64,000 bases of DNA from assembly GCA_963813155.1 (NCBI GenBank), contig CAWEYG010000001.1, forward strand, positions 224,001 through 288,000. The letters run 5' to 3'. Position numbers and translations under genes: made by a program. Position 1 is the stretch's first letter. Every line of letters starts with the position of its first letter. Origin of the DNA: an uncultured Acidobacteriota bacterium. Lineage in GTDB: Bacteria; Acidobacteriota; Thermoanaerobaculia; UBA5066; DATFVB01. Under the pieces are notes generated by a model, which saw nothing but the letters and a program-made list of their open reading frames with translations, made no database searches and was not told the origin of the DNA. Of the stretch, positions 1-10,072 are shown in pieces.

Positions 1-954
1 CGCCGTTCGAAAGCGCCCGGCTCGCACGGGACCCTCGGCGGACAGCCTCCGGCGCGTCTCTTCCTCTCCGAGGAGCCGCAAGATCGCGAGTCGGATTCCC
101 GCGACATCGCGAGGCGGAAAAAAGATCGCCGAGGCGCCGGCAATCGACCGGTGCGACGGCGTGTCGGAGAGCGCAGCCGGAAGCCCGGCCGCGAGCGCCT
201 CGAGCGTCGGCAGTCCGAAACCCTCGTTCTCGTGGTTCGGGCCGAGAAAAATATCGGCGTCGGCGAGCAGCGCGGGCATCCGTCGCGGGGGAAGAGCGCG
301 GTGGTAGTCGTCGACGACCCTCCATTGCCCCTCGCCGTCCGACATCGGTTCCGGCGACACGCGGACGAGCCGAAAGGGCCATCCCTGATCGCGCAGACCG
401 CGAAGAGCCTCGAGGGCCTCGCGGACCCCCTTGAGATCGATCTCGAAGATTCCGGGCAGGAGGATCTTCAGGGGTCCCCTCGGGTCGGCCCGCGCGGCGC
501 CGAGGAATTCCCCGGGTTCGAAGGCCTGGCCGACGTCCTGAACGTCCGAATAACCGAGACGATTGAGGGAATCGCGCAGGTGCGGCGAGACCACGACCTT
601 TCGAGGGATGAGGCGATACGCGCCCTCGATCGCCTCACTCTGCGCAGCGTAGAAGGCGCTCTCGGTTTCGAGCCCCTGGCAGAGGTGAAACAGCGCCCCC
701 GACGCCGTCGCCGCAGCCGGCTCGATCGTCGTCCAGAATGTCGCGACCGCGACGTCCGCGTCGCGAAGGCGTTCCGAGGAAGCGAAGAGCGATCTTTCGT
801 ATCGCGCGTGCCGCAAGGAATACCAGCCGGGAGCGTCCTCGGGTCCGATCACCGTGACGGCGTGGCCCCGCCGCGCAAGCTCGTCGGCCTGCTGCAGGAT
901 GACCTTCCCTCCCCCCGAAATCATGCTCGACGCCAGCAGGTAGACGATCTTCAT
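1..954 (-). CDS. Glycosyltransferase family 4 (GT-B), runs off the left edge of the window
   Basis: Manual translation: MKIVYLLASSMISGGGKVILQQADELARRGHAVTVI... and the GT4 signature ADIFLGPNHENEGFGLPTLEALAAGLP. The ATG at 954 overlaps the TGA of the upstream gene (ATGA). Confidence 0.85.
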   Translation of the reverse strand, partial: MKIVYLLASSMISGGGKVILQQADELARRGHAVTVIGPEDAPGWYSLRHARYERSLFASSERLRDADVAVATFWTTIEPAAATASGALFHLCQGLETESAFYAAQSEAIEGAYRLIPRKVVVSPHLRDSLNRLGYSDVQDVGQAFEPGEFLGAARADPRGPLKILLPGIFEIDLKGVREALEALRGLRDQGWPFRLVRVSPEPMSDGEGQWRVVDDYHRALPPRRMPALLADADIFLGPNHENEGFGLPTLEALAAGLPAALSDTPSHRSIAGASAIFFPPRDVAGIRLAILRLLGEEETRRRLSAEGPVRAGRFRTA

Positions 955-2123
955 TCGGCCAGGCCGCCGTCCGCGCGAGCGACGATCAGGAGCTCCGTCA
1001 CCGCGAGATCGCCCGCGCCCCCGCCGAGCTTCGCGAGGCGTTCCTGCCAGGCGAGAACGCGAGGCGCGGGCCGGGATTCGACGCCCGAAATCTCGACCGG
1101 CACGTACCCGCTCGACTCGAAGAGATCGGCGAGGGATTGCCGCGTGAAGAACCGCACGTGGGTGCCGGAGAGGATCGAATACGGGATGTAGTCGAACCGG
1201 CCTTCGAGCAGATCCGCGATGACCGCCGCATTCCCGACGTTCGGAACCGACGCGACGACGCGCCCGCGGGGCGAAAGCCACGGCAGCACCTGTTCGAGGG
1301 CCTGCCCAGGGTCCTCGAGGTGCTCGAGGACGTCGCCGAACAGGATCGCGTCGAACCGGCCACGCCACTCTTCGCCGCGCACGCCTTCGAGGAGGCTGCA
1401 GACGATACGGTCGTAGCGCGACTCCGCAAAGCGCGCGTCTCCGGCGTCCGGCTCCACTCCGACGATTTCCTCCACCCCGCGGGCTCTCAGGAGACCGGCC
1501 GAGGCTCCCCGCGCGCATCCCACGTCCAGAACCGATCGTGCTCCCGCCGGAACGCGCTCCGCGAGGTCGGACCGCTCGGAGGCGGCGAGATCACCGTAGC
1601 GGTGAACATAAGCCCCCCGGTCGACGGCGATTCGGGCGCCCCGCGCCGAACGCGGAACGTCGGCGAGGGGAAGCTCCGCGGGCATGCCGGCGAGAAGCGA
1701 CCGCCGAATCGCGAACACCGGAAAATCCGCCCGTTCGATCGCCGACCGACCGGCTCCGCTCTCCGCGACCAGCGCGGCGATTTCCGCGAGCCCGGAAGGC
1801 GTCGCGTAGTCGAAGCCGGGAGGAGATTTCAGGGCCGGGTCCGGCGATTCGTTCGAGACCGGCACGGCGAGATCGGCGTAACTCTCCGCAATCGCCGACG
1901 CGAGACGCCGCTGGCTGATCTCGGGCACCAGGGCCTCCGGGTCCGCGCAGACGAAAACCACGTCCGCCGATCCGCCGGCCGAGCCGACGGTCGGAGTCCT
2001 CCCGAACGCGACGGTTTCCACCCTTGCCGGCACGCGGCGCAGGAGGCGCAGCGCCAACCGCCGAGACCACTGCGCCTCCTGGGCAAACCGGGGGACGCCG
2101 CCGTAAACGCGATCGAGATCCAC
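951..2123 (-). CDS. Class I SAM-dependent methyltransferase with a degenerate GT2-like N-terminal region
   Basis: Motif I VLDVGCARG, plus FDAILFGDVLEHLEDP and SVPNV...HVRFFT, typical of glycan-locus methyltransferases. Confidence 0.8.
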   Translation of the reverse strand: MDLDRVYGGVPRFAQEAQWSRRLALRLLRRVPARVETVAFGRTPTVGSAGGSADVVFVCADPEALVPEISQRRLASAIAESYADLAVPVSNESPDPALKSPPGFDYATPSGLAEIAALVAESGAGRSAIERADFPVFAIRRSLLAGMPAELPLADVPRSARGARIAVDRGAYVHRYGDLAASERSDLAERVPAGARSVLDVGCARGASAGLLRARGVEEIVGVEPDAGDARFAESRYDRIVCSLLEGVRGEEWRGRFDAILFGDVLEHLEDPGQALEQVLPWLSPRGRVVASVPNVGNAAVIADLLEGRFDYIPYSILSGTHVRFFTRQSLADLFESSGYVPVEISGVESRPAPRVLAWQERLAKLGGGAGDLAVTELLIVARADGGLAE

Positions 2124-2129
2124 TGAGGA

Positions 2130-3362
2130 TTACCGTTGGCCGGCCGCGGACTCGGCGGCCTCGCGCACGGGGGCACCCGCCTCCTCGAGCGTCCAGCGAC
2201 TCGGCACCTTCAGAAGCCCCACCACGTACTCCGCCGAATGGACCGTGAAGCCGGGGTCGAGCCTCCGAAAGTCATGAGGATAAAGGGCTTTTTCGTCAGC
2301 AACGAAGGCGGAAACCGTGAAATTGCCGTGCGAGAGCGGCAGGTCGGGGATCGTCAGGCGGACCCGGAATCGATCGCTCCCGGACAGCGGCGCAAGATTC
2401 CAGGTCGACGTGTCGCACCCGAAGACCTGGACTCCGTCCTCGCGGTCGATGCCGACGCGAACCTGGAAGGAAAGCGAAGGCTCCGTCGTCCGGAATTCCA
2501 CGTCGACCGCGACGGTCTCGCCCGCCGCGAATTCCGAACGCGGAAATCCGGAACCGTCGTGCACGACGATCTCGGTGATCTGCGCCGGGATCCTGCCGGA
2601 AAACGCGGTCGTCGCCGGAGAGGACGCGCGGCGCTCCTTCTGCTCGAGGAAGGATTCGTATTTCGCGATTACCGGAACGGCCGGGCCCAGTTCCCGGGCC
2701 TTCCCGTGGTCGATCCACATCGCCTCGTCGCAGATCATGGCGATGTAGTACATGGCATGAGAACAGAACAGCAGCGTCCCGCCGCGCTTCTTGAACTCGA
2801 CGATCCGGTCGATCGACTTCTTCTGGAAATACCCGTCGCCGACCGCGAGAGCCTCGTCGATGATCAGGACGTCCGCATCCACGTGCGTCGCGACCGAAAA
2901 AGCGAGCCGCAGCGCCATTCCCGAGGAATACGTCTTGACCGGCCGGTCGAAGAACTCCCCGAGCTCGGAAAATTCGCGGATCTCCGGAAGGCGCCGCTTC
3001 ATTTCGGCGGAGGACAGCCCGAGCAGGGCGGCGTTGATCCGCGCGTTCTCCTGGCCGGAAAACTCCGGATGAAATCCCATCCCGAGCTCGAGAATGGAGG
3101 CGACGGTTCCCGAAGTGGCGATCGTTCCCTCCGAAGGCGTCGTCGTTCCCGCCACGATTTTGAGCAGCGTGGACTTTCCGGCTCCGTTCTCGCCGATCAG
3201 CCCGAGACTGGCGCCTCGCGGCAGGTCGAAAGAGACTCCCGCCAGGGACGGAAAGTCCCGGTGCCGGGAGGATCGCGTGATCGCCTCGATCAGCCGGTCG
3301 GCCGGCCGCTCATAGAGCTTGTACGTCTTCCCGAGGTTGCGCGCCCTGACTGCGACGTCCAT
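2130..3362 (-). CDS. wzt: Polysaccharide ABC exporter ATPase (Wzt) with a C-terminal Wzt_C carbohydrate-binding domain
   Basis: Walker A GENGAGKST, PVKTYSSGM, LIIDEALAVGD, and a beta-rich C-terminal extension. Confidence 0.9.
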   Translation of the reverse strand: MDVAVRARNLGKTYKLYERPADRLIEAITRSSRHRDFPSLAGVSFDLPRGASLGLIGENGAGKSTLLKIVAGTTTPSEGTIATSGTVASILELGMGFHPEFSGQENARINAALLGLSSAEMKRRLPEIREFSELGEFFDRPVKTYSSGMALRLAFSVATHVDADVLIIDEALAVGDGYFQKKSIDRIVEFKKRGGTLLFCSHAMYYIAMICDEAMWIDHGKARELGPAVPVIAKYESFLEQKERRASSPATTAFSGRIPAQITEIVVHDGSGFPRSEFAAGETVAVDVEFRTTEPSLSFQVRVGIDREDGVQVFGCDTSTWNLAPLSGSDRFRVRLTIPDLPLSHGNFTVSAFVADEKALYPHDFRRLDPGFTVHSAEYVVGLLKVPSRWTLEEAGAPVREAAESAAGQR

Positions 3363-3420
3363 TCTTCGTGCCATTCTACCGGTTGTACGGAGCGCGGCCC
3401 ACCCGGCGCGGCCGGGCCTC

Positions 3421-3451
3421 AAAAAGAGCGGCCCGGGTCGCCCCGGGCCGC
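3421..3451 (-). terminator. Rho-independent terminator after the PKD surface protein gene
   Basis: Minus strand GCGGCCCGGG-gcga-CCCGGGCCGC followed by TCTTTTT. Confidence 0.8.
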
Positions 3452-3473
3452 AAAGACTCCCGATACCGGAGAC

Positions 3474-6400
3474 CTAGTTCGAAGGCTTCTTTCCCGGCAC
3501 GAAGACGAGGTCCTTGCTGTGCTGGTCCTGAACGGTCGCAAATGCGGCCACGGGCGTGTTTCCCGTGCCGGTGGCGCTGATGATCAGGTTGAAGGCCTTC
3601 CCTGCGAGTGCCGCCGTCGAGGCGTCGCCCGTCGTCGGCTGGTACACGAAATGGCCGATCCCGGCGCTGTTCAAGGTGTAGTCGCGGCTGAAGAGGGGCG
3701 CGCCCCCGGTGACGTCGTAGGCGTCGACGTGAACCGTGACCGGAGCATCGCCCATCGCCAGAAAGCCGAACTTCGAAATGAAATTGAAGTTGCCGGGCGT
3801 CGTCGAGTCCGGATCATTGTGAAGGCCGGCCAGGAAGATCTGCGAGTTCGAGCCGGGAAGCAGCCCGTCCGAAAGCGCATACGCCGGCAACTGCATCCCG
3901 TACGAACCGCCGTTGCTGTCGAGGTTGTAGTTTCGACCCTCGATGATGAGCGGCTGGTCGTCGTTCGGAACGTACTGAATCACGAGATCGCCGATGACGG
4001 TTCCCTGAACGGACGGGAAGAGCGTCGTCACGACGTCGTTGATCGAAAGGGCTTCTCCCCCCGGGATCGTCAGGAGCTCCACGAGTTGATAAGTCCTCTC
4101 CACCGCGGGCGTCACGCTCGCGTCCATGTAGTGCAATTGCACGTTCACGTTCGTCAGCGGGAAAGGCGACGTGTTCAGCATGTAGAGGTCCGTTCGGGTC
4201 CCTCCGTCGACCCGGCCCACGCCGGCAACGAAGTACTTGAGGGTCGCGCCCGGCGAGCCCACCTGGCGCGGCGTGTCGTCCGTCAGGAGCAACGAATCCT
4301 TCGTTCGGTTGTCGACGACCGTCCCGATCGCGATCGACGTGGCCCCTGCGCTGTTCGGATCCGGAGTGACCTTCGCGTAGAGGACGTTGTTCGGGTCCGG
4401 GTCGACGAGGAAGCAGGGACCGCCGCACGCCGTCGTGCTCGAGTCGACGAGGCCGATCTTCGCCTGCTGATATTGCCCCAGGGAGATCGCGAGCGACTGC
4501 CCCTCGGGCGTTCCGTCCGACTTGAAGAGCGAGACGTCGAAGACCCCGCCGGTCGAAGCCGTGTCGACGAGCGTGATCCCGCTGGAGAAGTTGTTGTCAA
4601 ACTTCAGCCCGACGAGGTTCTGGGTGGAAGACACGACGCCCTGGATCACCGGGCCGCTCCCGTTGATCTGGTACGACGGCAGATACGTTCCGTAGGTCGA
4701 GGCTCCCGCCCCGCCGGAGGAGTAGTAAATTCTCGCGAGAACCGTCGGAGCCTGGCCGGTGTACTTGATGAAGAGCGTGCCATAACCGGCTCCGCCGAGG
4801 AACGTCGTGATGTCACTGCTGTAGAACGACGCATGGCTCGCGAGCGGCTGCAACTGCGTGATCGACGTGTTGTAGCTCAACTTCGTGGGATCGGTCGTCT
4901 TCGTCGGATCGACCGCTTCGAAATCGAGCCCGACCGAGATCGGATTGCTGCTCGTGTTGAAAATCGAGAGCTCCGTCGCGAACGCGCCGACCTTGTTGCC
5001 GTTGCCGTCGTTCTTCGCGAGGTACCCTGCGCCCGGGACCACGAGCGCATTGAAGGCCTGGCCGGAGATCTTGAGGCTGGCAGAGGTCGTCGCGGACAGC
5101 GAGAGGCTGTTCGTCACCGTGAGACTGGCCTGGAACGTTCCGGGACCGCTGTACGCATGCGTCACCGCGGTGCCCGTGGCGGAGGAGCCGTCGCCAAACG
5201 CCCAATTGAAGACCGGGCTGTTCTGCGTCTCCTGGCCCTGGAACGAAATGACGTCCCCGGCCTTCGCAGAATACGTTCCGCCGAACTGGCTGAACTGCGC
5301 GCCGGTGATCGTGAATGCGGCCGACGGCGCCCCGGTGGGCGGCGGCGGCGGGGGCGGAGTCCCCCCCCGACCGAAACCTGTTTCGTCGCCGAGTACGACT
5401 GCCCGGAGACCGTAACGGTGAGGCTCAGTGTCGCGGTCTGGTTCGGCGTGTTGAACGTCCGGGTGATCGACGTGACCGTCGGGCCTCCCGTGGGGTTCAG
5501 CGTATTGTCGGACCAGATCCAGCCGTAAGAGCTGGGTGTGCCGCCCGACACGGTCGCCGTCCACGTATTTGCAGTCCCCGCGCTGACCGAGGTCGGTCCC
5601 GAAATCGAAGCCGACACTCCCCCCGGCGGTGGTGGCGGAGGCGGCGGAGGCGGCGGAGGCGGCGGAGGCGGCGGAGGCGGCGCCGACGACTGAATGGTGA
5701 TCGCCTGATTCATGACGATGCCTCCCACGGTCAGCTTCACCGTACGGGTCGCTGCCGAGGAGAACGTATGACTGACGGTCAGGTTCGTGGAAGAGTTCAC
5801 AACCGCGCTGCCGTCGCCGAAGTCCCAGGAGTCCGCGGTCGCCGGCTTGCTGCTGTCTCCCGAATCGTTCATCGGGATCGACTGGTTCATCGGCGCGCTC
5901 CAGGCACCGTTGAATTGGTTGAACGTCGCGGGGCTGCCGAAATTGATCGCGGGCGCGTAGGTGACGTTTGTCCCGATGATCGCTCCCGAATCCCAGTTGA
6001 TCGTCTTCGCGGAGCCGTCGTTGTAGGCGACCTGGAAGTGGACGTAGTAAGTGCCCGAGCTCGACGGGCCGGGCAGCGCCGTCGTCGCGTTGATCGCGTC
6101 GAATGCGCTCGGAAGCGCGGTCGCCCCCGTCCCGGTCGGGTTCGAGTCCCTCGTGTATGAGATGCCGGTGATCGACACTCCCGACGCCAGCTGACACAGG
6201 TTCTGAACGTTGAAATTCTGATTGAGCTGCACGGTCGTAGGCACCGAAAAGTTCGGAATGATCGACGTGACGTGCACGGTCCCGCTGACGGCCGCGGCCT
6301 TGTATCCCCCGGCGTAATTCGCGGCGACCGAGAACGTGTTTCCGTCGGAGACCGACGACCACGTGCACGGCTTGGCCGACTGGGTGGAACCGTTCTGGAT

Positions 6401-8105
6401 GACCCAGTCGCAGCTCACCGGCGAGCCCTGCGAAACGGTCGCGTCGAGCGACTGGCCGGTGAAGAGGTTGACGACTCCGGACGTGAAGTTCTTCACTTTC
6501 GTCAGGGGCTTCGTCAACGAAATCGGCTGGCTCCCGACGTTCGCCGAGACACCGTACGTGTTCTCTGATTGATTCGCGATCGTCTCGGACGTGTCGGGCG
6601 AGCTCGCGTTGTAACAGCCGCTTCCCGTCGTGATATCGCCGCTCGAGGACTTGCACGGCAGGATCGCGTTGAACGTGCCATTCACGAGAGTCTGGTCTTT
6701 CCCGCTGCTCGAGAACGTGCCCGTGAAGTCCATGTCCCAGAAATATCCGGTAATCGGGGGGGTCGTCGGCACCGAAGCGTCAGTGATATTGAACATGTCG
6801 CCGACATAGTTTGTCGGATCAGCCCCAACGTGCTTCGAGATATTTTGCACGCCAAGACCCGCAGTCGGAGGAGAGGTCTGTGCCGCCTGAAGGCACGAAA
6901 CGTTGATCGTGTCGGTCTGAGGAGGATTGGGTTGTTCGTCGAATCGGGACCGATCAAGCGATAGAGATAGGCGTTATTTCCCTGGATGTAGGCTTCAAAC
7001 AGCCCTTGTTCACTCGCAGCCTGAGGGACATTGATCTTCGCGGGCGTGCCACCCGAAGCGATCGATCCGACCCCAATAAGGTCGTAACCGAGGATCGCGA
7101 GCGACGAGGTGTTGATCGCCGAACCAACCAGCACCAAAGAGGAGCCGCTTCCTCGGACGATGATGTTCGTGTAGGCCCTGTAGACGCCACTGGAGATCAC
7201 ATCCGAGGGGACGTCCACCAGATGGGTAATCGAGCTGAGGGCCGGGTCGAATTTCATCACCTCGATTTTTGTCGGATATTCATTGAGAAAAATCCAGTAG
7301 ACGCCTCCTTGATAGCTGACGTCGAGTGATTTGAGGCTCGAAGGAGCATAAGAGCCAACGTCGGTAATCGTTCCGTTGCTCGACACCTGGCCGATCTTCA
7401 GCGACTGCGGGTTCCTCCCCACGCTGGCAAAGAGATAGGTCGAGCCTGACTGCCCATCAGAAACCAGGTTTTTCGCGAGCGGCCAGGTATTTGCCTGAAA
7501 CCCGGGTAGTGTCGTCGAAACGCCTCCGTCCACGGACGTGATGTTGACGCCAAACAGACCGGTCCCGCTCGTGTAGTAGGCATAAGTCGAGCTTCCGGCC
7601 TTCAACACCGTGACGAGCGCGCCTCTCGTGTTGGAGCCCCCGCCAAACGGGTCGAGCTGAGTGCCAAAGGCGATGTTGCCGCTCGTCGCCACCTTCAGGG
7701 CCTGGCCCGGCTCCGCGCCGGCAACTGTATTGAAACAGACCGCGATCCGGCCGCCGGAGCTATCGAAGTACCCGGCCCGTCAACGCCCTGGTAATCCGCC
7801 AGAAGCGGAAGCGGCCCCCCGTCGTTGCTGTCCAGCGGAACAAACGTCAACGAAGGCGTCGCGGGTGAGCTTGAAACGTCGAGCCGGGTGATTCCAGCGA
7901 GGTTCGTGACGATCGACCCATTGCCCGACCCCGCTTCCTTCTCGATGCCCGATGTCAGATAGGCCTTACTCGGAAAGTGCTGAATCGAAGTGCTCGTGAT
8001 CGTTCCACAGGACTGCGCCAGGAGCGGCGGCGAGAAACCGGCGGCGCCCAAAACGACCCCGACGACGACCAGGGCTGTGAGGAAAGATCGGGACAGAAAA
8101 CGCAT
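3474..8105 (-). CDS. Large secreted surface protein (about 1500 aa) with PKD domains, polyproline linkers and a duplicated C-terminal domain; frameshifted in this sequence
   Basis: Signal peptide MRFLSRSFLTALVVVGVVLGAAGFSPPLLAQ; PKD motifs WDFGDGS...SHTFS and FNWAFGDGS...THAYS. Continuous Ser/Thr/Gly-rich coding is spread over ORFs 7695-8237, 6682-7692, 5162-6850 and 3474-6656. Confidence 0.75.
5624..5680 (-). repeat. Tandem 9-mer (CCG CCG CCT)n encoding about 19 consecutive prolines
   Basis: Plus strand (cggcggagg)n is directly visible. Confidence 0.9.
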
Positions 8106-8208
8106 GGAATACTCCCCTTGAGTTTGGATGCGAGTTTTTCCCGGTGGCAGAAGGAGAACTTCCCTTTCAGGGCTCAACGGAACCTTTCCTTCTCGCATCG
8201 GCCCGGAC

Positions 8209-8242
8209 AAAAAAGGGGTGGGTGGGAAGTTCCCCACCCACC
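8209..8242 (-). terminator. Rho-independent terminator after the putative major surface protein gene
   Basis: Minus strand GGTGGGTGGG-gaactt-CCCACCCACC followed by ccTTTTTT. Confidence 0.75.
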
Positions 8243-8255
8243 GAGACCGAAGAGC

Positions 8256-9815
8256 TTAGTTCGTGGCCCAGTCCAACCGGCCAGGGGTAACGCAATGAGA
8301 AGTCAGACTCCGTGGGGTCGTCAAGATCAGTGAGACCCTCCGGGTGGCAGGTGCTCGGATCGAGCTGAGCGCCCGGAATGCTCGCGTTGACGAACGCGAC
8401 GCCCGAGGACATTTCGTAGTCGACCCACGCCTGGTCGAAGATCCTGATCGTCCGGGCAACGATTGGTCTCTGCCGAGGAAGTTCAGATACGCCCATCCGT
8501 TCGTCGAAGAGCGCCGATCGTGTCCACGCCGGTGCGCTGCGTCTCGTAGGGGAAGTTCAGCGAGGTCCTCGGGCAGGGAGACGGGCAGCCGTTGATCTGC
8601 TGCGTTCCTTCGTCCGAGTCGAACAATACCGTCGCCAGGATCGTGGGCTTCCGTCGCGGGATGCAGGAGTGCCCCGTGAGATCCGACAGGTCTCCGCAGA
8701 GGCGCGCCACACGCGCAGGTTCGAGGAGCGTCGCCGCTGTTCAGGTAGCGGGCTCCGTAACGAACGCCGAGCGGCTCACGCTGATCGCCGAGGTCGCGGT
8801 GACAAACGGGAACACCGCCGCCATGTAACGGCTACCGAGTCGCGTCGTCCGTTGTTGATCGTACCGGGGTCTCCAGTCGGCGACAGTCGTGTTCCCATTG
8901 GTCGTTTTCGACCAGTAGCGGGCATAGAACGTCCGAACCGGAATCCATCTGAGTCGTTGAACGGCTGGTTACCAAATCGGAACGGTAGCTCCGCGCTCGT
9001 CGCCGCCGTGTCGAGCGCCGCTTCGATCTGGACCGTCGAGGCGCCGAGCGTCGGGATGCCGCTGTTCGTCACGATGATGTAGTCGCCGAACAGGTTGTTC
9101 TCCCAGCCGGCCGCGTCGAACTCCCAGTAGGACGGCGGTGGAGGGATCGGAAAGTCGACAGAAGTTCGCCATGTCGATCGTGACATAGCCCGAGAGGTTT
9201 CCGTTGCCGGCAACCGAGCTGCCCGTGATGATCGCCTGTCTCATCGCCGTCGCCGTCGCAATCCCAGTTGGAATCGTAGTCCAGCGCGTCCGCCAGGTCG
9301 GCCGCAAAGTCCGGCCCGAACGCCGGGCGAGCTGTACTGGGTCGATCGCCTGTCGATTGTCCTGCCCCGTCGGGGGATCGTCGGACGGAAACGCAGGAAT
9401 CCTTCGCGTTCGGATACACTGTCACTCCCGCGCCGCGCTGGCAGACGTCCACGCCCTGAAGGAACCGTTGTCCGGCGTGCTCGGGATGTTCCCGTCAGCA
9501 CGTCTTCCATCGAGAAGCCGACGATGTCGAAGCCGGTCAGCGCGATGTTGAAGTCGAGAAGTGGACAGAACGGCGGTTCCACATCACGACGTGAGCCAGC
9601 GTCGGCGCGCTCGAAGCATTGACGACCGTGATCAGCGTGTCGGTTCGCGTGGAGCTCGTGTCCACCGAACCGTCGGCATTGAGATGCACCTGGAAATAGG
9701 GAACCAGGAGCGTCGCAGCCGGCCGCTGGTCGATCGTGCAGGTCACGGCCATCGCGGAGGACGCCACAGCGACCAACGCGACGACCACCAGCAGATAGGT
9801 CAACGTCTTTTTCAT
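8256..9815 (-). CDS. Secreted protein of about 520 aa, putative major surface (S-layer-like) protein; heavily frameshifted here
   Basis: SD GAGGAG; signal peptide MKKTLTYLLVVVALVAVASSAMA, then VTCTIDQRPAATLLVPYFQV...TLITVVN. Protein-like segments continue across frames (DFNIALTGFD, SGYVTIDMANFC, WENNLFGDY, NFPYETQR, FDQAWVDYE). Confidence 0.65.
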
Positions 9816-9981
9816 TAAGATCTCCTCATTTAGTTTCTTTACAATTTCCGAGAACATTCCCTGGAAAAAGTCGAGATCCCGCCTGCGATGCCATCACCTC
9901 CTAGAGTTTCGTTCCAAGCAATTCCAAAAAATCCCAAAACCTCGTTCCGATGTTCTTTTGCCCTCATGGGCCTGCGGACGG

Positions 9982-10011
9982 ATCATGCGCGACTCGCCAG
10001 CGGGATGTCAA
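9982..10011 (-). promoter_or_regulatory. Putative sigma70 promoter of the surface-protein gene, giving a 5' UTR of about 160 nt
   Basis: TTGACA-N18-CATGAT on the minus strand. Confidence 0.5.
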
Positions 10012-10072
10012 GGGGAAAATGACAAAAATATGCTTTTTGAGCATGGAACCCAGGGCCCCCCGGTGAGGCCCC

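Noticed and set aside
2136-5528. 1130-aa plus-strand ORF and similar long ORFs (17038-20019, 20339-23431, 39052-42258, 44213-46615, 51783-55745)
   Set aside because: Arg/Gly/Pro-rich antisense or off-frame shadows of clear genes, expected at this GC content; no family motifs.
5624-5680. Tandem repeat as a CRISPR or DGR signal
   Set aside because: A simple coding microsatellite; no spacers, cas genes, reverse transcriptase or template/variable repeat pair were seen in the window.
9816-9981. Possible c-di-GMP riboswitch in the surface-protein leader (GGGCAAAA)
   Set aside because: The downstream GNRA stem and GACGCAAAG elements are absent; a covariance-model search would be needed to exclude other RNAs.
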